Positions 18,414 to 29,167 of a stretch of 64,000 nt of DNA are shown piece after piece. Numbering within the stretch: position 1 is the first letter of the stretch; each line of letters starts with the position of its first letter. The DNA comes from an uncultured Dehalococcoidales bacterium (GTDB lineage: Bacteria > Chloroflexota > Dehalococcoidia > Dehalococcoidales > UBA2162). Where the stretch lies: positions 10,189 through 74,188 of the forward strand of contig CAYVOV010000002.1 of assembly GCA_964453525.1 (NCBI GenBank). The letters run 5' to 3'. The notes below the pieces were generated by a model that made no database searches, had not been told where the DNA came from, and saw only the letters and a list, made by a program, of their open reading frames with translations. A program made the position numbers and the translations under genes.

Positions 18414-19250
18414 TTATCTTCCTCTACCCTTTCTGGCGATAGTCCTCGCCTCCTCGGGGATAGGTGCCGGAATCGGCCCGGAAACTATCTCCCTGATTGC
18501 GGCAAAGCGAGGCGGACAGGCTTTAAAACAGGTCCCGCATTTTATGCATCTCTCCTGGTCGATGATATGGACAAGGTTCTTGCCACCAGCAACCGCCTCC
18601 ACAGGGCATTCCCTAGCGCAAATCCCGCATGCCTGGCACTTATCCGGCTCAATATAGTACGAAACAACTTCACCAAACAGCTTCTCTATCTCATCAATTG
18701 TAAAAAGTTGGTTATATTCTTCGGGATCCGTGAGGCGTGTCCCCAGCTTCTCATTTTTTACCAATTTTATATACGGGACTAACTTAATAATGTCTGAAAG
18801 TCTGGACTTTAATTCATCTTCATCAATACCTTCGCTTTTACCGAGTGGTCCCACCTCGCGCACCTTTTTGCCGAAATCGTTCATTATTTCCGTGAAAAGG
18901 ATTCCGTCACCGGAAGTCATAAACTCAATCCTTAACCTTTCCAGATTCAGGCCAATGTGTTCAATTATTCTTTTACATAAAAGCACCATGTTTAACGCAT
19001 CATAATTTCCTTCAGTGGTATAATTACATTCATTCAGACGGCAGCCGCCAATAAATACCCCGTCGGCTCCGTTCAGGAAAGCCTGGAGCACCATCTCCAG
19101 GTCGACCCTCCCGGTGCACATTACGCGTATCAGCTTGGTTTCAGTTGAATATTGCAGTCTGGAAACTCCAGCCAGGTCAGCAGCGCCGTATCCTCACCAG
19201 TGGCAGACGAAACCAAGTATCCCCGGTTTGAAATCGAGTGCCGTACTCAT
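18414..19250 (-). CDS. MvhD-like / 2x[4Fe-4S] ferredoxin fusion, selenoprotein (BamF-like)
   Basis: The track ORF (18414-19121) extends in frame to ATG 19250 through TGA at 19194-19196. The N-terminus reads MSTALDFKPGILGFVCHW-U-GYGAADLAG, placing the TGA at the second Cys of the MvhD CxWC motif. The C-terminus has two CxxCxxCxxxCP motifs. Confidence 0.8.
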
Positions 19251-19289
19251 TCTTTTCTCCCTTGTAATCAATAAACCTTACTTCTTTAA

Positions 19290-22200
19290 TTAGTGAGCCG
19301 TTACGCGGTCCGGAAACGCCACATAAATCTGGCTTAAGAGTTCTTCATTGGTAAAGTGTTTAAGTGAAATAGCCCCTGTCGGACACTTTGCGTTGCAGAG
19401 ACCATCTCCTTTACAGAGAACAGGATTAACCCTTGCCTTTTTACCCTGTTTCGTTTCCTGAAAATCAATGGCTCCATAAGTACAGGCTCTAATACATGCC
19501 CCGCACTCAATACACTTTTTCTCATCCACCTCGCAAACCGAGCCAGATGTGGTGACCGTATCATTAGAGAGTAGTGTCAGGACCCGGCCGGCTGCTCCAT
19601 AAGCCTGATTAATCGTTTCCGGTATATGCTTTGGATAATGAGCCAGTCCACATAGATAGACACCGTCCGTAGCAAACTCAACAGGTCTTAGCTTTACATG
19701 GGCTTCTTTGAAGAAATCATCCGGGTTCAAAGCAACCTTGAATAAAGCTGCCACTTCTCTGGTTCCTGCGGAGGGAATAACAGCGGCGGCCAAAGTGAGG
19801 AAATCAGCGTCTATGGCAACCATCTTACCCATAACAGGGTCGGGCACGGTAACCCTCAGAATCTGCTGGCCGCCCTCCTCAATGGCTTCCACCTGAGGTT
19901 TGTTTTCCGGCTCATAGCGGATGAACATAACGTCCTTCTCACGTGCTTCCCGGTAATAGTCCTCTATGAATCCATAGGTTCTCATGTCCCGGAAAAGTAT
20001 GTAGATATCCATCTCAGGATTAATTTCTTTCAGTTTCAATGCGTTCTTTACAGATTCGCTACAGCATATCCGGCTACAGTAATTTCTGTCTTCGTTTCTG
20101 CAACCCACACATTGAATCATCACCAGGCACCGGGCATTTACCAGACTTTCTTCTCTTCCGGCGATTTTATCCTCCAGTTCCAGGTGGGTCAATACCCTCT
20201 TATCCCGCCCGTAAAGGTACTCGGTGGGAGTATATACATCGGCTCCCGTGGCAATCACGGTCGCTCCGTGATTTATCTCCGTGATACCTCGTTCAGAATC
20301 CACCGTGGTCACGAAATTCCCGATATAACCGGTAGCCTCTGTAATTATAGCATCGGTATAAACATGTATTAACGGATTATGGTAAACCTTGCCTATAATA
20401 TCGCTCAAATACGCCTGAACATCCAGCCCATCCAGCGTGTAATGAATTCTCCGGGCTATTCCTCCAAGGTCCTTGTCCTTTTCCACAAGATGGACCTCAT
20501 GCCCCTGTCCGGCTATGGAGAGAGCGCAGGTCATACCGGCCAGGCCGCCACCAATCACTAACGCCACCTTGTTTACCGGCAGTTCGAATTCCTCTAATGG
20601 CTCCAGATAACAGGCTCGCGCTACCGACATACGAACTATTTCCTTTGCCTTCCGGGTGGCTTCTTCCTTTTCCCGCGAGTGAACCCAAGAGCAATGTTCT
20701 CTTATATTGGCGAATTCAAAGTAATACTGATTAATCCCTGCCTCCCGGAGGGTGTCCCGGAATAACGGCTCAAGGGTTCTGGGGGAGCAGGCGGCCACAA
20801 CCACACGGTTGAGCCCTTTTTCCTTTGTCACGTCCGTTATTTCCTGAGCGCAATTGGTAGCGCATGAAAATAGTTGTTCCTGAGCGTGGACAACATTGGG
20901 TAAGGTTGATACATATTCAACCGTGGAGGGAACGTTTACCACTCGCCCGATATTGGCTCCACAGTGACAGACAAAGACTCCCACCCTGGGCTCCTCTCCC
21001 GAGACATCCCTTTCCGGCGGATATACCCTTTCCCTGGCAAGTTTGCCCCGCCTGTAGTCGAGGAGTTCGCCACTCTGGGAGCCAGCTCCGCTGGCAGTAA
21101 AAACCGACTCCGGGATATCCATCGGACCCTGGAATGCCCCGCTGACGAAGATTCCCGGCCGGGTGGTCTCGATAGGGTTAACAGGATTTGTTTTACAGAA
21201 CCCATGATTATTGAGCTCGATGCCGAAGGTGTCAGCTAAATTCTCTACGCCATCAAGGGCATCCAGCCCGACGGACAATACCACAAGGTCAAATTCCTCT
21301 TCCTTTACTCCCTCATCGTAAGTGGAGTATTTCAATGTCACGTTCTTGCTTTCCGGTATCTCTTTTCCAATCGATACATAGCTTCTTATAAACCTGACCC
21401 TGGGGAGGTTCTCCGCTCTCTGATAAAACCGCTCGAAGTCCTTGCCGAACGACCGGATATCATTATGGAATACGGTACATTCGACATCGGCATCATGTTC
21501 TTTTGTCAGAATCACCTGTTTCTGGGTATAGGTGCAGCACACCGCCGAGCAGTAGCTGTTACCGCCCGGTATGACCTGTCTGGAGCCGACGCACTGAATC
21601 CAGGCTACCTTTTTCGGATGTTTCCCGTCTGAAGCGCGCCTTATTTCCCCTTCGTATGGACCCGTGGCGCATAACAGCCTTTCATAGTCCATACTGGTTA
21701 CCACATTCTCAAACTTCCCATAGCCGTACTCATCCTGCAAAACCGGATCGAAAGGCTCAAGACCGGGAGACAGGATTATCGCCCCAACACTTATTTTCAA
21801 CTCCTCGGGCTTCTGACTGAAATCTATAGCATTGTTCTCACAGACTCTTTCGCAAAGACGACACTTCTTCTCTTTAAGATAAAGACAGCTTTCATCTATA
21901 TAGGCAACAAGGGGAATTGCCTGAGCGAAGTATATATGGACGGCTTTGTTCTTGGATATTTCCTGATTATATTTATCCGGGTACTGGACGGAGCAGTATT
22001 CCACGCAGGTAGTACAGCCCCGGCACTTATCCTCTATAATATACCTTGGCTTTTTAACCAGAGTTACCCTGAAGTTTCCTGCTTCACCTTCTACTTTTTC
22101 GACTTCAGTATAACTCAGAACCTCTATGTTTGGATGCCGGCCGACCTCGACCAGTTTGGGCGAGAGTATTCACATCGAGCAGTCATTGGTGGGGAAGGTC

Positions 22201-22385
22201 TTATCGAGCTGGGCCATATGGCCGCCGATGGCAGGTAGTTTATCAACAAGGTAGACCTTAAAACCAGCATCAGCCAGGTCAAGCGAGGCTTGAATACCGC
22301 TGACGCCTCCTCCAACGACCATTACATCTCCATAGCCCTTAGCAGGTTTCTGAGTTCTCTCATCTGGTAATAGTTCTTTTTCCAC
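19290..22385 (-). CDS. Large HdrA-like FAD/Fe-S oxidoreductase, selenoprotein (BamE-like)
   Basis: ORFs 22170-22385 and 19290-22004 share one frame, joined through TGA at 22170-22172. The junction reads [19 protein letters not shown], the HdrA DCSMC motif. There are two dinucleotide-binding folds (VVGGGVSG; VIGGGLAG) and several ferredoxin motifs. Total length is 1031 codons. Confidence 0.85.
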
Positions 22386-22415
22386 TTTATTATTCCCTTA
22401 CCGGATTTCTTGGCT

Positions 22416-23561
22416 TCACCGAATCACTTCCCGGATGATTTCCGTAATATCTTTAATCTCTACTGCGTCACTACCCTTCACAGATAACTTGCTGTCCTCG
22501 AAATTGGTGATGCAATACGGGCACGAGGTAACCAGTACCTCAGCCCCGGTATCCATTGCCTGTTCCAGTCTGATATCGGAGAACCGTTCACTCTTCGGGG
22601 TGTCCATCCAGATCCTGCCGCCTCCGCCTCCGCAGCAGAGACTATTCTCCAGCGAGTCAATCATCTCAACCAGTTCCAGACCGGGTATCTTTTCCAGGAC
22701 CTCCCTTGGTTCGTCATATATGCCGTTATGGCGTCCCAGGTAACACGGGTCATGATAGGTGACTTTCTTCCCGCACTCTCCGGTGAGTTCAAGTTTTCCG
22801 TCGTTAATAAGTTCGAGTAAATACCGGGTTATATGCACCACCTCAAAATAGACATTAAATTCGGGATACTCGTTTTTGAAGGTGTGGTAGCAATGAGGGG
22901 AAGAAACAAGGATTTTATGCACTCCATTTTCGATAAACGTTTTAATGTTTTCTATAGCCAGGCGCTCGTATAATTCCTCATCACCTGTCTTACGGATGCT
23001 TTCTCCACAGCAGTTCTCTTTTTCTCCAAGTATCCCGAAATCTACCCCTGCCCTGTTAAGGATACCGACTGTGGCAGCAGCCACCTTTTTTAATCTCGGG
23101 TCATAGCAGAGATAGCAGCCGGGAAAATAAAGAACTTCCATCCCTCTGGTGAACGGTTTAACATCAAGACCTTCCGCCCAGTCCGCCCGGTTTGCCCGTG
23201 CTTCACGCAGGGGGTTACCTTCAGCGCCGAGGCTGGCACTCACGGTGTGGATTGGAGCCGGAGAAATCCCGTACTCCGAGGCAATCCTGCGGAAGGACAG
23301 GCTAACATCTATCGTGCCCACTCCCTCGGGGCAGCGTTGAGGACAGCTTCCGCAGGTGGTACAGCGCCACATATCTTCGCCTTCTATTTCGGGGAGACCG
23401 AAGGCGGCCTGCCGGACTATATTGCGCATACTGAAGTTTGTAACCCTGTTCCAGGGGCAAACAGTATCGCATTTTCCGCACTGATAGCATAGTTTATAGC
23501 CTTCTCCGCCGGCTTGCTTTATTTCGTCTATTGCCTCTCTGAAGCGTGATATAGTCTCCAC
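22416..23561 (-). CDS. HdrD-like Fe-S protein with CCG domains (BamD-like)
   Basis: N-terminal CYQCGKCDTVCP and CTTCGSCPQRCP motifs. Two CCG-type Cys-rich regions are present (ENCCGES, SLCCGGGGG). Confidence 0.85.
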   Translation of the reverse strand: METISRFREAIDEIKQAGGEGYKLCYQCGKCDTVCPWNRVTNFSMRNIVRQAAFGLPEIEGEDMWRCTTCGSCPQRCPEGVGTIDVSLSFRRIASEYGISPAPIHTVSASLGAEGNPLREARANRADWAEGLDVKPFTRGMEVLYFPGCYLCYDPRLKKVAAATVGILNRAGVDFGILGEKENCCGESIRKTGDEELYERLAIENIKTFIENGVHKILVSSPHCYHTFKNEYPEFNVYFEVVHITRYLLELINDGKLELTGECGKKVTYHDPCYLGRHNGIYDEPREVLEKIPGLELVEMIDSLENSLCCGGGGGRIWMDTPKSERFSDIRLEQAMDTGAEVLVTSCPYCITNFEDSKLSVKGSDAVEIKDITEIIREVIR

Positions 23562-23594
23562 TGTCTTTCCTGACCCTCTTCTTTTGCCTTAACG

Positions 23595-24140
23595 TTAGTC
23601 CTTCTGTGACATCCGGGCAACAGCATCCGCAACCTTTTCCAGTCCGTACTTGTCAACAAGTGATTCCAGTCCCGTTTCCATCTCCCCCAGCTTCTCTTCC
23701 TCTTCGACTTCCTCTTCCCTTTCTTCGTAGGTCAGGGCATCGGATAAGCACCACTGAACACACATCGGCTCCTCCAGCGGAGGGTCACTTTCACACATAT
23801 TGCATACCAGAGGAAGACCGGAATCCGGTTCTTTAAAAAGTGTTCTGGACGGGCAGGCAGCCCTGCAGAAAGAACATTCGTCATGTTCATTTCCGTCCAT
23901 CACGTATTTATATCTGCTGACGCACTCGGCTCTGGCGTACTCCCCGGCGATTACAGGAATAAAAATATCTTTCAGCGGTTCACAGGTCACCCCGATATGA
24001 GATTTCGCCGGGCTATTACTGCCGTACTGAGGCTCGGCGTGAAAGGCGGAGCAGGCTACCTCACATGCCCGGCAACCGTTGCATTTATCAACATCTATCT
24101 TGATTACCTTAACTGTTTTCTTTTTTTTCTCACCCATCAC
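23595..24140 (-). CDS. Poly-[4Fe-4S] ferredoxin-like subunit (BamC-like)
   Basis: CNGCRACEVAC, CSFCRAACP and CNMC...CVQWC motifs. It lies directly downstream of the AOR-family gene. Confidence 0.8.
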   Translation of the reverse strand: MMGEKKKKTVKVIKIDVDKCNGCRACEVACSAFHAEPQYGSNSPAKSHIGVTCEPLKDIFIPVIAGEYARAECVSRYKYVMDGNEHDECSFCRAACPSRTLFKEPDSGLPLVCNMCESDPPLEEPMCVQWCLSDALTYEEREEEVEEEEKLGEMETGLESLVDKYGLEKVADAVARMSQKD

Positions 24141-24156
24141 CGCTCAGTTCCTCATA

Positions 24157-26163
24157 TTATTTTTTCTTTGTCTTCGCCGGAGTCTTTTTTGAGGGAGCAG
24201 CTTTGTCATTTTTCAGGATGCCCCTTTTCAGGAAGTCTTCACTGATGTAACCCAGACCCAGTTCCTGCAAAGACTCTCTGGTAGGAATTCCCTGGTTATT
24301 CCATCCCTTGAATTTGTAATATTCGTCCAGGAGCTTCGTTTCAAGCTCAGGAAACCTTCTTCTCCAGTGGTCCTCAGGCGGCTTCTCATCACTTCTCCTC
24401 ATGCCTCTTCTTATATTAATCGCTCTGAGCAGAGTCCGGTTTCTCCGGGCTATTTGTGATAACCCGGCTTCATCGATATCGATTCCGGTCGCCGACGAGA
24501 TAAAAGCCGGGAAATTGTGTATATGATAAGGAGGTTTAAGGGGGAACGATGACAGACCAGCGCACACTCCCAGAGAGTCATCGATATAGTGCATCTTCTC
24601 CTGCCAGTCAACAATGTCGCAGGCTGCTTCAACGGTCGGGTAATAAGGATTCGAGTGTTCTCCGCGAGGGTCCCAGTCAAGAAAGTATTGCTTGAACTTT
24701 TCATCGGGAACCTGTATCCAGTCCTTTGCAAAATTTTCCCTCTCTTCTCTGGTGGCAAAGGGTTCCTGAGGGAAAGACCCTTCAATCTGGGTAATGTTTA
24801 TCTTCTCACCGGTAGCGTACATAAGGAAATAGACGGGATTCAGCATTCCCAACTTCAGAGGCAACTGCTCATGTTTTTTAATAGTGTTATGGTCATATTC
24901 TTCGGCGCCATTACCAATCTGGCGGGCGGCGTGATAAACGCCATTGGCCAGAACATCTCCTATCCCTTCCCGCCGTACGATTCTGTCAAGCAACCAGAAG
25001 AACCTGCCCTCGTTATCGGGTGGAAATCCCGGCAGATCCTTATCAGTTAAAATACCGGCTTCACAAAGCTCCAGGGCGAAAGCCATCACCTGAGGGGCAG
25101 TGAATCCGTCCACGCCGTACTCCGTAGCCCGCTGAGCGATTCTAAAACCGAAATCCAGGTCTGACATGGCTGCCATTGTATAGGTAAGCTTCGTATAGCA
25201 TTTCATCATGTACTTAGAAACTCCCGGGTAGGAAACTATTGCTCCGCATTTCATCGGACAGTTATAGCAGCTTATTAACCGCTCTAGCACACTTTCCTGA
25301 GTTTTTCTCCACTTCCTTTCAACATTCCTGGTCCAGAAATCTCTTCTTCTGTGGCGGGCATTTCCCCAGGTGAAATTGGCGGTGTGCCACTCCTCATCAT
25401 ATAATGCCATCTCCTGAGGTGAGCCCAGCCCGGCTATAATGGGAGGTACTCCCGGTATTGGATTTTCATTTCTCCATTTAATATACTGCAGCACTTCATT
25501 GCAGAGCGCGAAAAACTCTGTCGGGCGGGCAATATTAATTTCCTTTGTTCCGCGGACGGCTATTGCCTTTACCCCTTTATCGCCCATAACGGCGCCTATT
25601 CCTAATCTACTGGCACTGGACCTGCCATGCTCGATGGAGGCATAGTATACCCGGTTTTCACCGGCAAGGCCTATAGATGCTATCTGGGCTTTTGGTTCGT
25701 CCAGCTCCTGGCGGATGAGTTCTTCGGTTTCAACAGCGCCTTTACCTCGTAAATGAGAAGCATCCCGTATTTCTATCTTGTCATTGTTTATCCACAAATA
25801 GACCAGGTCAGGTGACTTGCCGCGGAGGACGACTTTGTCATAACCGGCAAACTTCAATTCCGGTGCCCAGAATCCTCCCATCATTGAATACGCCATCAGC
25901 GAAGTCTGAGGAGAAAAGGTAGAAACAATGGTACGATTGGCGCCGGGAGCAGGTGTGCCACATAAAAGACCGGTGCCGAATATTAATAGGTTATCAGGAG
26001 AAAAGGGCTCGATTTCAGGGGGAACCCTGTCCCATAACATTTTGGCGTTGGTACCCAGTCCGCCGAGATAAAGTCCGGTTAATGCCGGGTCAGTTCCTTC
26101 TTTCTCGATATTTCCCCGGGAAAGGTCAATCTGCAGGTCGACTCCTGTCTCCGCATACCTCAT
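24157..26163 (-). CDS. Aldehyde:ferredoxin oxidoreductase-family tungsten/molybdopterin enzyme (BamB-like)
   Basis: 668 aa. It has an AOR N-terminal domain pattern (LYLGGLGTNAKMLW, GANRTIVSTFSPQT) and an AOR C-terminal domain. Confidence 0.85.
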   Translation of the reverse strand: MRYAETGVDLQIDLSRGNIEKEGTDPALTGLYLGGLGTNAKMLWDRVPPEIEPFSPDNLLIFGTGLLCGTPAPGANRTIVSTFSPQTSLMAYSMMGGFWAPELKFAGYDKVVLRGKSPDLVYLWINNDKIEIRDASHLRGKGAVETEELIRQELDEPKAQIASIGLAGENRVYYASIEHGRSSASRLGIGAVMGDKGVKAIAVRGTKEINIARPTEFFALCNEVLQYIKWRNENPIPGVPPIIAGLGSPQEMALYDEEWHTANFTWGNARHRRRDFWTRNVERKWRKTQESVLERLISCYNCPMKCGAIVSYPGVSKYMMKCYTKLTYTMAAMSDLDFGFRIAQRATEYGVDGFTAPQVMAFALELCEAGILTDKDLPGFPPDNEGRFFWLLDRIVRREGIGDVLANGVYHAARQIGNGAEEYDHNTIKKHEQLPLKLGMLNPVYFLMYATGEKINITQIEGSFPQEPFATREERENFAKDWIQVPDEKFKQYFLDWDPRGEHSNPYYPTVEAACDIVDWQEKMHYIDDSLGVCAGLSSFPLKPPYHIHNFPAFISSATGIDIDEAGLSQIARRNRTLLRAINIRRGMRRSDEKPPEDHWRRRFPELETKLLDEYYKFKGWNNQGIPTRESLQELGLGYISEDFLKRGILKNDKAAPSKKTPAKTKKK

Positions 26164-26217
26164 TTTCTACCCTCTCAGGTTGCACAGTATCATAATAATT
26201 TTATTAAGAACGAAAAG

Positions 26218-27093
26218 TTAATATGCTTCTACCACCGAATAAAAATACTCATTGGCTTTTTCAGTCAGCAGGTCGTGGAATTCCTGAAACAGAGCTGCCG
26301 CCTTGGGCCGTAACCAGTCTTCAGGTAACAGTTCTTCGGGTAGGTCAGGGTCATAGAAGGGTAATTTTCTGTATTCATGAATCAGAGCAAATCTTTCCAC
26401 GAAGTGCTCACTGGCCTCGACAGGCTCAACGGCCTGAAGGCGCTGCAGCCAGTTCTCATATCTGGGCTGGTATTCCGCCATAAATCTGGCGTACATTTCA
26501 TGTATCCGGTCCAGGTCCCAGCACGTTGATACTACTTTACTGGCATCAACAAGGCCCTGCTGCCTGGCCTGAAAGATTTGAATACGCTCGGTGACACCGA
26601 ATTTTTCCGCCAGCTCTATCACTTCCGCGGTTAAATCATAGGGTGAAATCATGGTAGCCCCTCCCAGTGTCCCGTATCCCATCCAGATTAGTTCGCGGCG
26701 GAATAGGTCCCTCGTTTTCCGGTTCTGTTCGGGAATCGAATAGGTCACGATATTCCAGGTCCCGTCCCAAGTGGTGTCTTTCCTGACGAAGATGCGCTGG
26801 GCTCCCGTGGTGAGCAGGTTATGTCCCTCTGTGGTCAGGGAGTAATAGCTTTTGCGTGCCCGACTCTTTCCCCTGCTCCTTACTTTTAGCAGACCGGAAC
26901 GGCACATTCGGGATACCGCCGACCTCACCGCCTGCTCGGAAAGCCCGAAGTTACCGAAGAGGACTATCAGACTCCCGATGCCGATTTCTTCTCCACGGTC
27001 GAGAAGGTAGTCCCCGTACAGGGTCAGCATGGCTGATTGCGGACGAATAACACGTTTACGAGTATTCTGTGAACTTAAAGTCTTATATGTCAT
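26218..27093 (-). CDS. paaX: PaaX-family transcriptional regulator
   Basis: LYGDYLLDRGEEIGIGSLIVLFGNFGLSEQAVRSAVSRM and a PaaX C-terminal domain. It lies 54 nt upstream of, and co-oriented with, the AOR-family gene. Confidence 0.8.
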   Translation of the reverse strand: MTYKTLSSQNTRKRVIRPQSAMLTLYGDYLLDRGEEIGIGSLIVLFGNFGLSEQAVRSAVSRMCRSGLLKVRSRGKSRARKSYYSLTTEGHNLLTTGAQRIFVRKDTTWDGTWNIVTYSIPEQNRKTRDLFRRELIWMGYGTLGGATMISPYDLTAEVIELAEKFGVTERIQIFQARQQGLVDASKVVSTCWDLDRIHEMYARFMAEYQPRYENWLQRLQAVEPVEASEHFVERFALIHEYRKLPFYDPDLPEELLPEDWLRPKAAALFQEFHDLLTEKANEYFYSVVEAY

Positions 27094-27235
27094 TTAATTT
27101 ATATGGCGTTTTATTTTCGTTATATAAATAATAAACACATTCGGCATTTTTGTCAATAGGGAGCTAGAAAACTTTTTACTTAATTATGGTTGCACAGGCA
27201 ACAATGAATACCAATATTTCTTTAGCCGCTGTGGT

Positions 27236-27322
27236 TCCCTTCGGCTTCGCTCAGGACAGGCTAGCTACTCACCATGAGCGGCACGCATTCCCACTCATCC
27301 TGAGCTTGTCGAAGGGTCTCTA
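27236..27322. repeat. REP-like palindromic intergenic element (SLSKG-type), copy 2
   Basis: It contains TCCTGAGCTTGTCGAAGGG, shared with copy 1, plus an upstream partially complementary arm CCCTTCGGCTTCGCTCAGGA. Confidence 0.5.
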
Positions 27323-27538
27323 ACTAAGATTGAGAAGAACCCTAGAAAAGGTATCAGTTGATACTCCCAACCTGAACATGAACTCTGTTTTACACCTGGT
27401 TGAAAGTGCTGTAAAATAAACGAATTCACAGAGTCCTCAGTTAAGTACCCGCGCTCTCGACCCCGCCTGGCAGGACAGCAGTGACGAGAATATCGGATTC
27501 TGGGGATAGAACACGGTCAGTAAGCTAAGAGCCGAACA

Positions 27539-28897
27539 ATGAGAAGAGCCGCACTGCAGAAAGACTGGACAAAAGGCAGCATTGCCGGTAATCTCTGGTC
27601 TCTATCCTGGCCTATTATTATCACTCAAAGCCTGAATATGCTGGGTCCCACTATCGACATGATTTGGGTGGGGAGACTGGGAGCAGCCTCTATTGCCGGA
27701 GTCGGTATTTCCGGCATGGTCGTCCAGATGATTAACTCGATAATGATGGGCCTTACCACCGGGATGAGGGCGATGATTGCCCGCTTCGTTGGAGCCGGTG
27801 ACGCCGAAGGTGCCAATCACGTGGCGAGGCAGGCTTTCACTGTCAGCGCCGGCTTCGCCCTGCTTATGGCAGCAATAGGCATTTTCCTTTCCGAACCGAT
27901 ATTAATCCTGTTCGGCCTGGAGACCGACGTCGTCGCCGAAGGGACGGCATACATGCGGATAATGTTCATCGGCTCGGCGGCAATGTCCTTCCGGATGATG
28001 GGTGAGGGAATTATGCAGGCCTCGGGAGATACGCAGACTCCGATGAGGATAGCCGTTTTCTACAGGCTTTTCCACGTTGCCCTCTGTCCTTTACTCATCT
28101 TCGGCTGGTGGATATTCCCCAAACTGGGTGTCAGCGGAGCGGCTACGACCAATATCATCTCTCAGGGACTGGGACTGGTTGTCGGATTATGGATACTCTT
28201 TACCGGGCGTACCCGGATGCGGCTATCACTGAATAACTTTCGCTTCGCCCCAGATATAATCTGGCGGATAGTCAGGATTGGAATTCCGGCTGCTGTCACC
28301 GGCATGCAAAGGACTCTTGCCCAGCTCGTTTTAATGTGGATTATTGTTCCGTTCGGCACGCTGGCGGTGGCAGCTCACACGCTGACGCACCGGGTAGAAG
28401 GAGTATTGGGAATGCCCGCCGGGGCACTGGGCTCAGCAGCAGGAGTACTGGGCGGGCAGAACCTGGGAGCAGGCCAGCCAGGGCGGGCAGAAAAGACCGG
28501 CTGGCTGGCAACAGGCTTTGCCGAGGCTTTCATGTTCACCTGCTGCCTGGCAATATTTCTCTGGGCAGAGCATATCATCGGTATCTTCAGCCCGGAGCCG
28601 GAAGTAATAGAGATAGCCAGCGATTTTCTGAGGATAGCGGCGGTCGGCTTTCTGGCCTTCGGCTTTGTTATCGGATTGCAGCAGTGTCTGGCCGGTATCG
28701 GTGATACAATGCCGGCAATGGCGGTAAGCCTGGGGACGCAGTGGCTGATTCAGTTGCCCCTTGCCTATACTGTACCGCGAATTACAGACCTCGGCGTATA
28801 CGGCGTACGCTGGCCGATGGCAGGTAGAATGTTACTCTCCGGCACTATCTATGCCATCTATTTTAAACTCGGCAGATGGAAGCGGAAGAAAGTCTGA
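27539..28897 (+). CDS. MATE-family efflux transporter
   Basis: 452 aa, 12-TM pattern, N-terminal WPIIITQSLNML...VGRLG motif typical of MATE/NorM. Confidence 0.85.
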   Translation: MRRAALQKDWTKGSIAGNLWSLSWPIIITQSLNMLGPTIDMIWVGRLGAASIAGVGISGMVVQMINSIMMGLTTGMRAMIARFVGAGDAEGANHVARQAFTVSAGFALLMAAIGIFLSEPILILFGLETDVVAEGTAYMRIMFIGSAAMSFRMMGEGIMQASGDTQTPMRIAVFYRLFHVALCPLLIFGWWIFPKLGVSGAATTNIISQGLGLVVGLWILFTGRTRMRLSLNNFRFAPDIIWRIVRIGIPAAVTGMQRTLAQLVLMWIIVPFGTLAVAAHTLTHRVEGVLGMPAGALGSAAGVLGGQNLGAGQPGRAEKTGWLATGFAEAFMFTCCLAIFLWAEHIIGIFSPEPEVIEIASDFLRIAAVGFLAFGFVIGLQQCLAGIGDTMPAMAVSLGTQWLIQLPLAYTVPRITDLGVYGVRWPMAGRMLLSGTIYAIYFKLGRWKRKKV

Positions 28898-28927
28898 GGT
28901 ATCACAGCACTGTATCGAAATAGGAAC

Positions 28928-28955
28928 AGGCCGGGTATTCATAAATACCCGGCCT
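28928..28955. terminator. Bidirectional terminator hairpin
   Basis: AGGCCGGGTAT / ATACCCGGCCT stem between convergent genes, with A/T-rich flanks. Confidence 0.6.
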
Positions 28956-28981
28956 ATTTCATTATCATGTAAAGGGCGAGG

Positions 28982-29122
28982 TTATCCTTTTCCAATCCTG
29001 AACATCTTCGTTCCGCATACGGGGCATGTTCCCTGTGTAGCTGGTTTACCATTTTTCATGGTAATAGATTTGGCATCCTTCATGTCTCTTTTCGAACGAC
29101 ATTTCACACAATATGCTTCCAT
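28982..29122 (-). CDS. Small zinc-ribbon protein (DUF5679-like), below the ORF-track cutoff
   Basis: Hand translation gives MEAYCVKCRSKRDMKDAKSITMKNGKPATQGTCPVCGTKMFRIGKG (46 aa) with two CxxC pairs. Confidence 0.6.
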   Translation of the reverse strand: MEAYCVKCRSKRDMKDAKSITMKNGKPATQGTCPVCGTKMFRIGKG

Positions 29123-29167
29123 ATGAGCCCCTTATTATGAGTTATTCTTCGTAACTTTATTCAGATG

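Noticed and set aside
9481-22172. TGA reassignment (genetic code 4 or 25) as the explanation for in-frame TGAs
   Set aside because: TGA clearly terminates other well-defined genes here, such as the sirtuin at 6458 and the coupled ATGA junctions. The three in-frame TGAs fall exactly on redox-active Cys positions of known Sec/Cys families, so Sec recoding is the simpler explanation.
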